Below are positions 1 to 8,367 of a DNA stretch of 64,000 nt, in pieces. The stretch spans positions 115,761 to 179,760 of the forward strand of contig CACKRG010000002.1 in assembly GCA_902602515.1 (NCBI GenBank). The letters run 5' to 3'. Every line of letters starts with the position of its first letter. Positions within the stretch are counted from its first letter, which is position 1. The position numbers and the translations under genes were made by a program. The DNA comes from an uncultured Alphaproteobacteria bacterium (lineage in GTDB: Bacteria > Pseudomonadota > Alphaproteobacteria > HIMB59 > GCA-002718135). Under the pieces are notes generated by a model. The model was not told the DNA's origin. It ran no database searches and worked only from the letters and a program-made list of their open reading frames with translations.

Positions 1-2259
1 ATCTTCTTCGCTTAATTTTGAGTTTTCAAAATTTGAAATGTTCTTAGTTAAAGAAATAGCTAGCAAATAATTTCCATAAATAAATTTAAATTTTATAGCT
101 TCTAAAGGCTCTTTATTGTTTTTCTTACACTCATTTAAAAAATAGATATTATCTATATTAATAAAGTAATCATAATTTTCTCCATTTTTAACTATTCTCA
201 TTGCAGACTTCTCATCGAATTCATGTTCTTCCCACTCAGCTCTAGTAACACTTTGGATGTTTGGTATAGACAACCCACCTTCAGAAGGATTAATTTTTTT
301 ATTACCTTTTTTCTTTACTGAGGTTCTGTTTCTGTTTGAGTTGTTTGTTGTCTTTTCAACCTCCTGAGTTAATTTTACATAAAATGTATTGGTAAAGGGT
401 TCTGGTTGATTTATGTCATGTAGCTCAACTAAAACTTTAAATACGTCGTCTTCTTTAAATTCTTTGGGATGTGGTAAGGTTAAATTTGCAACACCGTTGT
501 ATAAATTAATAGAAAAATCTAGTTGTTCTTTACCGTTTATAAAAATTTTTATTTCACCAGGGTCTCTAAATCTAGTCAAATAATCATTCACAACATTTGT
601 TATAAATCTCACTCTAGTATCTCTGTTAATAGGAGTGTTTTTTGGTTTATCATAGTTAAAATTTTTCTCTAATTTAAAAAATTTTGGATGAAGATATAAT
701 TCAGTTTTTTTATCATCAGTTTTATTAATGACTGAAAAAGGATTTTTTATGTTAGAGTTCAGTAATAATAGTTTTTCAAAATCTCTATCCTTTTTTATTA
801 AATTTGAAATAATGTGATTAATATCCTCTTGAGAGTCCAATTTATCCTGGATTAGAGATTTTCTTCTCTCATCTTGAAGTTTTTTTAATCCTTCATGATT
901 TTTAACCAAATCAGTTACTGCAGACTCTATCTTTTCTTTAGCTTCTCCATCTCTAAGTCTATCTCTGCTATTCATAAATAGAAGCTCTCTTTTCCTTGAG
1001 TGAAGATTGCTACAATCTAATTCAATTAAAATAGAGTCTTTAAGATAACCCAATCCAATTGAGCTTCTTTCAAAAAATTGTTTAGACAAATGACCATGTG
1101 TTTGTCCATTAACAGTAAATATGATACCTTGATTATTTGAATATTTTTTCATTTTACCTTTTTTAAAAACATAAAGATTTAAGTTTAGTGAAGAACTATC
1201 AATATTTATCTTGGCACTTGAAGGATATCCCTCCTCTAAATTATCATTTCTGTCTTGATTAACTCTCACAGATAAACCTGTAAGATTTGTTTCATATGAA
1301 TTTGCATTATATCCTAATCTTCGTTCATAAAACCTAATTGGCAGAGCAATAGAGTGAAGTAAAAGACTTACCCTGTTGTATAAATCAAAAACAATAGGTG
1401 ATTTTAGTCCTTTAGCTTTATAGTTATATAATTTTACAAATGTTCCATATTTTAAATTATTTTCATATGGCTCAGGATACTTACCTGGTAAAATTTTAAG
1501 ACTATCTGCTTCAAAGGAAGGAATTTTATTATCTATTTTCAAAAATTTATAAACAGATATACCTTTATTCCCCTCAGGGGTGAATCTTTTGACTAGAGTA
1601 AAGCCCCACTTCGCATTGTCGTCAGAAATAAGAGGGTTTTTTTTTGAAATTATTAGTTGAAAATTTTCCTCACCAGCAAAACTTAAAACTCCAGTACTGC
1701 CTTGGTTCCATTTTCCCTGAACAAAATTTATATCAGCTTTATTTCCTGAATTTAGAGATAAGAAAGTTTTTTCAAAATCATGTGGATGTTGCCCTTCTCC
1801 TAAATCGGAGATTATATAACAAGGTGAGTCTTTCTTTCCTGTAGCGATAAATTTTATATTCTCTGCAATCTCTGTTCTTTTTGATGGGGAAGCTTCTATA
1901 ATTTCGCCTTTATTTATATTAAAAAACTTTTCAACAGCCTCATACATTGATTGAGGAGCATCATCGCTTTTTGGGTCTATATTATTTTGGAGACATTTTA
2001 AAATTAGTAAATGGTCAATACAGTTAACAAACTTTTCTACAAGTGCTACTTCTGGAGCCTCTTGTTGATTTCCTATTGTTGAGTAATTATTTTCATCATT
2101 ACCATAAGGTGTCCAATTATCCTCATTTAATAGATTTTTTGCTTTTAGGATATTTAGTAAATCGTTTTCATCTTCACACTTCGCAAACTCAATGCAAAGT
2201 TCGCGAAGTTCTGAATTTGTAAAAGTGTTCTTGTAAAGCTTAAAATCACTATGCTGCAT
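1..2259 (-). CDS. GHKL (Bergerat-fold) ATPase-like large protein, partial (>=753 aa; 3' end lies beyond the left window edge)
   Basis: Absent from the ORF track because it is open to the window edge. Manual minus-strand translation from the ATG at 2259 gave no stops down to nt 1. N-box E75-x3-N79-x2-D82 (EKFVNCID, nt 2014-2037). G1 box D152-L-G-E-G156 (nt 1792-1806). G2-like GKWNQGSTG (nt 1690-1716). The ATG overlaps the upstream gene's stop by 11 nt (ATGCAGCATAG). Confidence 0.7.
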   Translation of the reverse strand, partial: MQHSDFKLYKNTFTNSELRELCIEFAKCEDENDLLNILKAKNLLNEDNWTPYGNDENNYSTIGNQQEAPEVALVEKFVNCIDHLLILKCLQNNIDPKSDDAPQSMYEAVEKFFNINKGEIIEASPSKRTEIAENIKFIATGKKDSPCYIISDLGEGQHPHDFEKTFLSLNSGNKADINFVQGKWNQGSTGVLSFAGEENFQLIISKKNPLISDDNAKWGFTLVKRFTPEGNKGISVYKFLKIDNKIPSFEADSLKILPGKYPEPYENNLKYGTFVKLYNYKAKGLKSPIVFDLYNRVSLLLHSIALPIRFYERRLGYNANSYETNLTGLSVRVNQDRNDNLEEGYPSSAKINIDSSSLNLNLYVFKKGKMKKYSNNQGIIFTVNGQTHGHLSKQFFERSSIGLGYLKDSILIELDCSNLHSRKRELLFMNSRDRLRDGEAKEKIESAVTDLVKNHEGLKKLQDERRKSLIQDKLDSQEDINHIISNLIKKDRDFEKLLLLNSNIKNPFSVINKTDDKKTELYLHPKFFKLEKNFNYDKPKNTPINRDTRVRFITNVVNDYLTRFRDPGEIKIFINGKEQLDFSINLYNGVANLTLPHPKEFKEDDVFKVLVELHDINQPEPFTNTFYVKLTQEVEKTTNNSNRNRTSVKKKGNKKINPSEGGLSIPNIQSVTRAEWEEHEFDEKSAMRIVKNGENYDYFINIDNIYFLNECKKNNKEPLEAIKFKFIYGNYLLAISLTKNISNFENSKLSEED

Positions 2260-3703
2260 CTTTTACCTTTTCATGTTTTTTAAGATTTCTGTTTGGTAAA
2301 TCTAACTTCCATCTAATCATATCACCAATTAAAGGAAAGATGTCATTATGTTTTGAACCAAATCTCATATAATGCCCATCATGAAAACCCATATCTCGAT
2401 TGGAGTCATCTTCTGGTGGCAAATATTTTTCAAGTCCAGGGAAAAGATTCAGCCTATTATCTTTATCTAAGTTATAATAATTCCACATTTGATTTTTATG
2501 ACTAAAATCAATTGTTTTTAAATGTGTATAGAGTTTTTTTAAGCCTTCTTCATTATTATATTTAGCACTCCATGTAAGTTCATAAGCAAGTTTTGCAATA
2601 GCTTTTAAAGCAACCGGTTGACCAAGAATAGATTTACCTTTGAAACCATCTTCTCCAAAACCAGGCATATTATTAATATGTTCCCAAAATTTTTGAGCTT
2701 CATTAATTCTTAATTTTACCTGATTATTTTTAGCAGATTTACTGTTAGTTTTATTTAAAAATAAGATTGAGTTAATTGCAACTAAATCTTTTCTGGTAAT
2801 TCTTCCGTCATCTTCAGACCATTCTTTTAAGTCTCTATCTGTTATGGATGGTTTAAAAGAATTTTTATCCAGGTAATCTTTTATGAATTGATTAACAGGA
2901 TTTGTAGAGTCATATGAGTAAGCAAGACCAGATTCAACTTTTTTAGTTAAATTATTAAGGTCATGAAATAATTGTCTTTCTTCCTCCATAACTAACCCTA
3001 AATGAACCTCAACATTAATTGAAGATTTGGTTCTTGCAATTTCATATACCGCTTCCCAAATTTCTAACTCTTCAGCTCCAACATGTGTCCTACCTATATC
3101 CGCAGGGGTTATAATTTTAGGACGAGCAGGATATTTCAAATTTGTTCTTACTGATTTAAGAAATTCCATTAACATTTCTGCAGCATATCTTCTATGTTGA
3201 CCATCAATTACCCACAACCTATGTTTTTGAGCTAAGTATGCTGTAACTTTTCCATCAGTAATCTCATAATCTAAATCACCACCATTTGGTTCGCAGTTTC
3301 TTATATTACAAGTAACTGGCTGAATGCTAACGTATGGTTGTTTACCTAAAATTTGTGTGAGCTGTTCAAGAACTTGTGGTTTTTTTTTACCTTTATAGGA
3401 AACTTCATTTACATGCTTAATTAAACCTTTCATCATATAAAAACTTAATCTTGATGCATGAGTTATGTCTAGAGGTCGCTGAGCTATAGGCTCTTCTTCT
3501 AAACTGGTAGTTTCAGATATGTTCTTTTTATTTGCAACTTCAGATAAGTTAACAAAATCTACTATTGGAAGAGACATAATCAGAGTAGTGTTACCCATAT
3601 TGTTGTTTATAAGAACATTGTAAGGTGTTAAGCTTTGTTTACCTGTATCCCTTAATTCGCTGATTTTTCCTTGAACTTTTACTTTTTCGTTGTGTTCTAT
3701 CAT
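2249..3703 (-). CDS. DGQHR-domain protein (DndB/DpdB-like, ParB/sulfiredoxin-fold superfamily)
   Basis: 484-aa ORF. Literal DGQHR motif (WVIDGQHRRY, nt 3191-3205), followed about 75 aa later by QLFHDLN (nt 2954-2974), the second conserved motif of DndB-like proteins. First gene of the operon, preceded by a 415-bp intergenic region. Confidence 0.8.
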   Translation of the reverse strand: MIEHNEKVKVQGKISELRDTGKQSLTPYNVLINNNMGNTTLIMSLPIVDFVNLSEVANKKNISETTSLEEEPIAQRPLDITHASRLSFYMMKGLIKHVNEVSYKGKKKPQVLEQLTQILGKQPYVSIQPVTCNIRNCEPNGGDLDYEITDGKVTAYLAQKHRLWVIDGQHRRYAAEMLMEFLKSVRTNLKYPARPKIITPADIGRTHVGAEELEIWEAVYEIARTKSSINVEVHLGLVMEEERQLFHDLNNLTKKVESGLAYSYDSTNPVNQFIKDYLDKNSFKPSITDRDLKEWSEDDGRITRKDLVAINSILFLNKTNSKSAKNNQVKLRINEAQKFWEHINNMPGFGEDGFKGKSILGQPVALKAIAKLAYELTWSAKYNNEEGLKKLYTHLKTIDFSHKNQMWNYYNLDKDNRLNLFPGLEKYLPPEDDSNRDMGFHDGHYMRFGSKHNDIFPLIGDMIRWKLDLPNRNLKKHEKVKDAA

Positions 3704-3945
3704 TTTATTTTACCTTTCTATTTCTTCTTATTATCAAAAATAAGTTATTTGTAAACATATTTTTTTCCTGGAAAAAGATATAAATAATATTTTTAATTAA
3801 TATATTGTCAATTAACAAACTATTTGTGTAAAAAAACAACAAAATGTTAACTTTTTCTCTATCCATATGTGTTTTTAACAATTCCAGGAAAATAACTTTA
3901 GTGAAGTTTTAGATTTTTTTTTTCACAATCTAGAATCTGCATAAA

Positions 3946-3977
3946 ACAAAGGCCCCGCTCTAGAACGGGGCTTTTGT
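3946..3977. terminator. Symmetric hairpin shaped like a bidirectional intrinsic terminator
   Basis: ACAAAGGCCCCG / CGGGGCTTTTGT pairs into a ~12-bp stem (one G-U) with loop CTCTAGAA. An A-run lies on one side and a T-run on the other. Neither flanking annotated gene is transcribed toward it. Confidence 0.5.
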
Positions 3978-4118
3978 ATATTTGAAAGGAGATTATAGAT
4001 TATGTTGGTGAGATATGGAGAAAAGTATCTCAAAAACAATGTAAACAAAATACTCGACAAATTACTATTGGTGTAGTGAAATGATAAAGTTTTATTTTCA
4101 CATCAGAAAGGAATTAGA

Positions 4119-4583
4119 ATGGCTGGTTATTCAAGAAAATTCTCTTCAATAGAGCATGCATTGAAAGAAACAATAAAGGACTTAGGTAAAGAAATAATAA
4201 AAGAATCTACGGATAAAAGTGAATCTCACTTTCGAAAGTGCAGTGATGAAAATGACACTGAACATCATATTTATCACCGTGATGCAGTAAGCCTTGATAT
4301 AGCTAGTATGAAAAAAGGTCTTGGTCATCCCATGCTAACTGCTCATGAAGCATTATTAAATGATGCGTTAAAGTCAAAAAATGATGTTGAGAATATTACT
4401 TCAACTCTCATTAACATAGGTGGGAGACTTGGAAATTTAATGGAGGTTACAAATGATGCTATTGACCCTAAAGGACATGGGGGTACAGATATTACTCCTC
4501 AGGAAAAAGACAAAATATATAAAGCTATAAAAGAAGTTGAAGAAAAAATAGTTAATTTAAAACTTTCTGTTGGTTTGGATTAG
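4119..4583 (+). CDS. Hypothetical protein (154 aa), soluble, no recognisable motif
   Basis: ORF with an AGGA-type ribosome-binding site 7 nt upstream. Divergent from the DGQHR operon. Confidence 0.5.
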   Translation: MAGYSRKFSSIEHALKETIKDLGKEIIKESTDKSESHFRKCSDENDTEHHIYHRDAVSLDIASMKKGLGHPMLTAHEALLNDALKSKNDVENITSTLINIGGRLGNLMEVTNDAIDPKGHGGTDITPQEKDKIYKAIKEVEEKIVNLKLSVGLD

Positions 4584-4622
4584 GTATACGCATTTAAAAA
4601 CAGAGAATATTTTGAGGAAGTT

Positions 4623-5210
4623 ATGAATAAGGGCATTGAACTTTGTGGCATAAAACTGGGTGATACGTTTGATGAAAATAAATTTAAACTAATAAAGAAA
4701 GAACCAATTCCCGGTGGCGATTACATGTGTTCAATTGATAAATCTTTCCTCAAGGGAAGGATGGTATCTTCTTCAACATACTTTAAGAATTTAAATGTAT
4801 TCCATTCAATGGGTAGTAAAGAAATCTCTATGATACATGCGGATAATGGAGGAGGTTATAGTCGTAAAGACTGTTTGGAAATCATTAATGAATTAAATGA
4901 TTACTATCTTGATAAGTATGGTGACCACTACGATATGTACGTGCAAGATAATGAGAAAACGCTGTGTTATTTCTATTACTTCTATCCTCCAAACTACAAT
5001 GTCATTTCATTTGATGACCCTAAATCATCTGAACTAAAAGAACCTATTACAACTTTATGGCTATTAGCAAGCCAAGAAAAGTTTCAAGAATATAAAACGC
5101 TAGAGGCTATGCTTTGGTATTATCAAGAAGATGAGGATGATAAGACTCCTGAGGAATTAGATAATACAAAAGAGAAGACTTTTTTAAAGGTAGCAGGATT
5201 AAGGCAATAA
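4623..5210 (+). CDS. Hypothetical protein (195 aa) with an acidic C-terminus
   Basis: ORF preceded by GAGGAA. Lies 39 nt downstream of the previous gene, so probably co-transcribed with it. Confidence 0.5.
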   Translation: MNKGIELCGIKLGDTFDENKFKLIKKEPIPGGDYMCSIDKSFLKGRMVSSSTYFKNLNVFHSMGSKEISMIHADNGGGYSRKDCLEIINELNDYYLDKYGDHYDMYVQDNEKTLCYFYYFYPPNYNVISFDDPKSSELKEPITTLWLLASQEKFQEYKTLEAMLWYYQEDEDDKTPEELDNTKEKTFLKVAGLRQ

Positions 5211-5213
5211 ATT

Positions 5214-5729
5214 TTATTTAAGTTTAATTTTAACACCCTTTACATAAATAATTTTTTTAATGGGTGAATGCATATTCTCATAATATAAATCACCCGGATT
5301 AAGTCTAAGGTTTTCTACAATCCATTCTCCTTCATCATTACTAAAAACTAACTCAGTTATAAGATATCCGCTGTTATTTTTATTAACAACAGCATCAGCC
5401 CCCAATCCCTCATGTGTTTTTATTTTAACTTTAGAAAGAGGAATCTCTTTTTGAAATTTTTTAACACACATTAAACTAATTAAATGTTCATCTATATCTT
5501 TGTTAGAATTTGAATCTAAATTTTTGTTGATACATTTATTTAAAGCTATCTGGGTACCTTGTTGTGAAGAATAAATAAATATTCCTATTCCAACAACTAT
5601 AACTATCCCTATTAGGGCAATTAAGGGATTAGCTTTTATTTTTTCAATTATTTCGTTAGAATTATTCGATTGTTCAACAATCTTAGAAGATTTTTTTCTT
5701 GTAGCTTTCTTTTTCTTTTTTACTACCAT
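5214..5729 (-). CDS. Single-pass membrane-anchored hypothetical protein (171 aa)
   Basis: Lys-rich N-terminus (MVVKKKKKATRKK), one hydrophobic helix (LIALIGIVIVVGIGIFIY), then a ~110-aa extracytoplasmic domain. A TATAAT hexamer (5735-5740, minus strand) sits 5 nt upstream of the ATG. Confidence 0.5.
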   Translation of the reverse strand: MVVKKKKKATRKKSSKIVEQSNNSNEIIEKIKANPLIALIGIVIVVGIGIFIYSSQQGTQIALNKCINKNLDSNSNKDIDEHLISLMCVKKFQKEIPLSKVKIKTHEGLGADAVVNKNNSGYLITELVFSNDEGEWIVENLRLNPGDLYYENMHSPIKKIIYVKGVKIKLK

Positions 5730-5807
5730 TATTAATTATACCACCATTCCCTCAAAGGTTAAGAGGGTTATTATTAGGTATAGGTAAGGATTTATGAAAT
5801 TTATAAA

Positions 5808-7421
5808 TTAAAACTCTTTTAGATAAGAGAGTGTAAACAAACTTCTTCTAGTAAATTTCTTCTCAAACAAACCTTCTTTTTTCTTTTCTGGCTCATCTTG
5901 AGGAGTAGTTTCTTCTTTAGGTTTTTCATCATCAAAACCATAAAGAGTGCCTCTCATAGCAAAACTCGATAAGATAAATAATCCATATAAAGGTCCAAAA
6001 AATGTAAGCATTCCCACCCTATTAAGAGTTCTTGCAGTTATATCCGGAAAGAATTTTTGAATAACAATTCCAAGCTCATCTCTAGTTATTTTATCCCTAT
6101 AATACGCAACTAAGAAAGGTGTTAAGCGAACTAAATAAGACATTACTCCAGCAGCTGTAGCACCAGCAGCTAACTCAACTGATGAATATTGATTTAATAT
6201 TTTATCAAAATTTTCTGAAGTTACACTTTCAACAGTTTCAGTATCAACATGGCTTACAAAAGGGCTATTAATTTTTTCTTGTATCTCTTGTGGTGCAACT
6301 ACAGGAATATCAGGATGTTCCTGAATATGTCTTTCAATATAATTATTATCAGTTGTATATTTATAATTTACTTTAACGGTTTCGCCTGTAATTGAGTTTC
6401 TATATATTGCATCGTAACCTTCAGTGTTTTGTTTATCACTTAATTCTGCAGACCATTCATCCCCATCAGCATTTTCTCTTATAACCTGAAGTATTTCAAA
6501 AAATTTTGAATTTACATTGATTAGGACTTTTTCTAATCCTTCTGCGTCATAACTATTTGCTAAACCTTTTATTTGTTCTGGAGTTGCATCACTTCCTAAT
6601 TGAGTTGGAAAAGCTTGTTTCCATGCTTCTAAATAAATTTTACCAAAAGGACCGTTTAGATTTTCAAACTTACCCATCATTGTGTAAGCAAGAGAACCAG
6701 CAAAAAAGAACTCACCTTTAATTTGAGCTTTAAATTTATTGTTTACATCAAAAGCATCTTTAATATTTTTATAAATTGATTTTGATAAATTTGGAAAATC
6801 TACAAAAAGATATTTGCTAGAACTTTTTAAAATATTGTAAGTATACTTTGTAGTGTTTCTTACAATTCTAGAGATTGATAAAAAAGATAATTTTTTAATA
6901 CTTTTAAAGTTTTTTATTTCATCAAAGACTAAGTATAAAAATAATCCATAAAAAAGTGTTGTAGCAAAAGTACTAAATGCAACAGCAGGAAAGGCGATAC
7001 CAGCGGTTAAGTTTGCAACTGTTTTAAAAACTGAATTTAATACAAACTTAAAGAGATATAGAACTGTAACCGAAGTGAGAGCTAAGCCAGTTATAATCTT
7101 GGTTAATTTTGTAATAGAAAATATTGCACTTATTTCTATAAGTCCTACAAGCTGGGCAATTCTAAATGCCATCACAACTTCAACTGCTTGAGCAACTAAT
7201 AAAAGTGCACCTACGCCATCAGGCATACCAACTAAAACTGCATTAAATACTGAGCAAGCAAGGATGAAACGAAAAACTTGTTCCTCTGTTTCTTTTATTT
7301 TTAAAGATTTAACAAAACCAAATATGTCTTTTGGCATAATTAAATCAATTAGAAACCTAGGAGCAATGATGTCCTTAACAAAGTTAATGTACTTATTTTT
7401 ATACCAACCTTTTTTAAACAT
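5808..7421 (-). CDS. Polytopic membrane protein (537 aa), unknown function
   Basis: N-terminal cluster of hydrophobic helices, a central ~230-aa soluble region, further C-terminal helices and a charged tail. Its start overlaps the upstream stop by 1 nt (TAATG). Confidence 0.55.
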   Translation of the reverse strand: MFKKGWYKNKYINFVKDIIAPRFLIDLIMPKDIFGFVKSLKIKETEEQVFRFILACSVFNAVLVGMPDGVGALLLVAQAVEVVMAFRIAQLVGLIEISAIFSITKLTKIITGLALTSVTVLYLFKFVLNSVFKTVANLTAGIAFPAVAFSTFATTLFYGLFLYLVFDEIKNFKSIKKLSFLSISRIVRNTTKYTYNILKSSSKYLFVDFPNLSKSIYKNIKDAFDVNNKFKAQIKGEFFFAGSLAYTMMGKFENLNGPFGKIYLEAWKQAFPTQLGSDATPEQIKGLANSYDAEGLEKVLINVNSKFFEILQVIRENADGDEWSAELSDKQNTEGYDAIYRNSITGETVKVNYKYTTDNNYIERHIQEHPDIPVVAPQEIQEKINSPFVSHVDTETVESVTSENFDKILNQYSSVELAAGATAAGVMSYLVRLTPFLVAYYRDKITRDELGIVIQKFFPDITARTLNRVGMLTFFGPLYGLFILSSFAMRGTLYGFDDEKPKEETTPQDEPEKKKEGLFEKKFTRRSLFTLSYLKEF

Positions 7422-8077
7422 TATTTTTCAAACTTTAATTCTATCCAATCTGCTTCACTTCCCCAACAAGTATCTGCACCGTGAGCACATGCTTCAGTAA
7501 CAAAAGAGAAGCTATCATCATTTATTTTATAGTATTTGATTGGATTAAAGATATCCTTTCCAGTTAAAAAAGCGTTAGTTACTCTCAAATAATCATCCTT
7601 ATATTCAAAAACATAATAAGTATTAAAACGAGCTAAAAATGTTCCACACATTTTTTCTTCCATACTGACAAGATAATAATTTTTATTTCTAGCCACGCTT
7701 GAGTGTCCAAAAAAGGTCCAGTCACATTTATCATCAATTAAAAATTCCTGACCTTTATTTTGTAGGGTCTTCATACAGGAAATATTAAAAATTTTATTAT
7801 CCTCAATACAACTAAGATACGCTTTATTTAAATTTGCTTCTTCAATTGAATAAAATTGTCTTGCTTCCTCATCAAACGTAACAAAGTAATGAATATACAT
7901 GAATATATCTTCACTAATATTTTCACCCTTATGTTTTAAATTACTTTTCTCTATTTTTTTATAACCATTGACTAAAGGCTTAATATCGTTTTGATAAAAA
8001 CCCATTGCAGGAAAAACAATTATAAATGATAAAAAAAATAAAATAGTTGAATATATAAAGAATGTGAAAATTCTCAT
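7421..8077 (-). CDS. Secreted or membrane-anchored Cys-containing hypothetical protein (218 aa)
   Basis: N-terminal hydrophobic signal/anchor (IFTFFIYSTILFFLSFIIVFPA). Several Cys residues in the mature part. ATGA start/stop overlap with the upstream gene. Confidence 0.5.
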   Translation of the reverse strand: MRIFTFFIYSTILFFLSFIIVFPAMGFYQNDIKPLVNGYKKIEKSNLKHKGENISEDIFMYIHYFVTFDEEARQFYSIEEANLNKAYLSCIEDNKIFNISCMKTLQNKGQEFLIDDKCDWTFFGHSSVARNKNYYLVSMEEKMCGTFLARFNTYYVFEYKDDYLRVTNAFLTGKDIFNPIKYYKINDDSFSFVTEACAHGADTCWGSEADWIELKFEK

Positions 8078-8367
8078 CTCGACCCTAAATACAAAATTAG
8101 TGGTACAATAAAAATAAAGCCAAATAATAAGAATATTTTTATAACCAGCTCAACTACCCAAGGTGCATTCATATATTCATCAATACAAATATCTTGTGCA
8201 GTTCCTTGGTCACTATAAACAATATTATTATCTACATTTTGACAATGTATTAAAGCATTTGCAAAAATAGGGGTACTGGGGCTTTTATGAACAAACATAG
8301 AGCTTAAAGATATAATTGAAATAACTATTGGGGTTATAAGAAAATAGAACCAAAAACTTTTAAACAT
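8074..8367 (-). CDS. Small two-helix membrane protein (97 aa)
   Basis: Hydrophobic helices at both ends, with a loop containing 2 Cys. Abuts the upstream gene (TAGATG). Confidence 0.45.
   Translation of the reverse strand: MFKSFWFYFLITPIVISIISLSSMFVHKSPSTPIFANALIHCQNVDNNIVYSDQGTAQDICIDEYMNAPWVVELVIKIFLLFGFIFIVPLILYLGSR

Noticed and set aside
1637-3388. 9-nt homopolymer tracts inside both candidate defence genes (T9 at 1637-1645 and at 3380-3388 on the plus strand), considered as possible slipped-strand phase-variation switches.
   Set aside because: A/T runs of 8-10 nt are frequent throughout this window, including in housekeeping genes (aroE, coaE, Smr and others). The tracts are therefore not distinctive without population data showing length variation.
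4119-4583. A fleeting resemblance of the 154-aa protein to phage CII/CP76-type regulators.
   Set aside because: It rests only on a vague similarity of residue pattern recalled from memory, with no alignable motif. I left the protein as hypothetical.
5808-7421. A possible PD-(D/E)xK- or Mrr-like nuclease pattern (GYDAIY...VKVNYK) and an EcsC/DUF697-like N-terminal pattern in the 537-aa membrane protein.
   Set aside because: The spacing and residues do not match the canonical D...(D/E)xK arrangement, and the pattern could easily be chance. A profile or structure search is needed before any claim.
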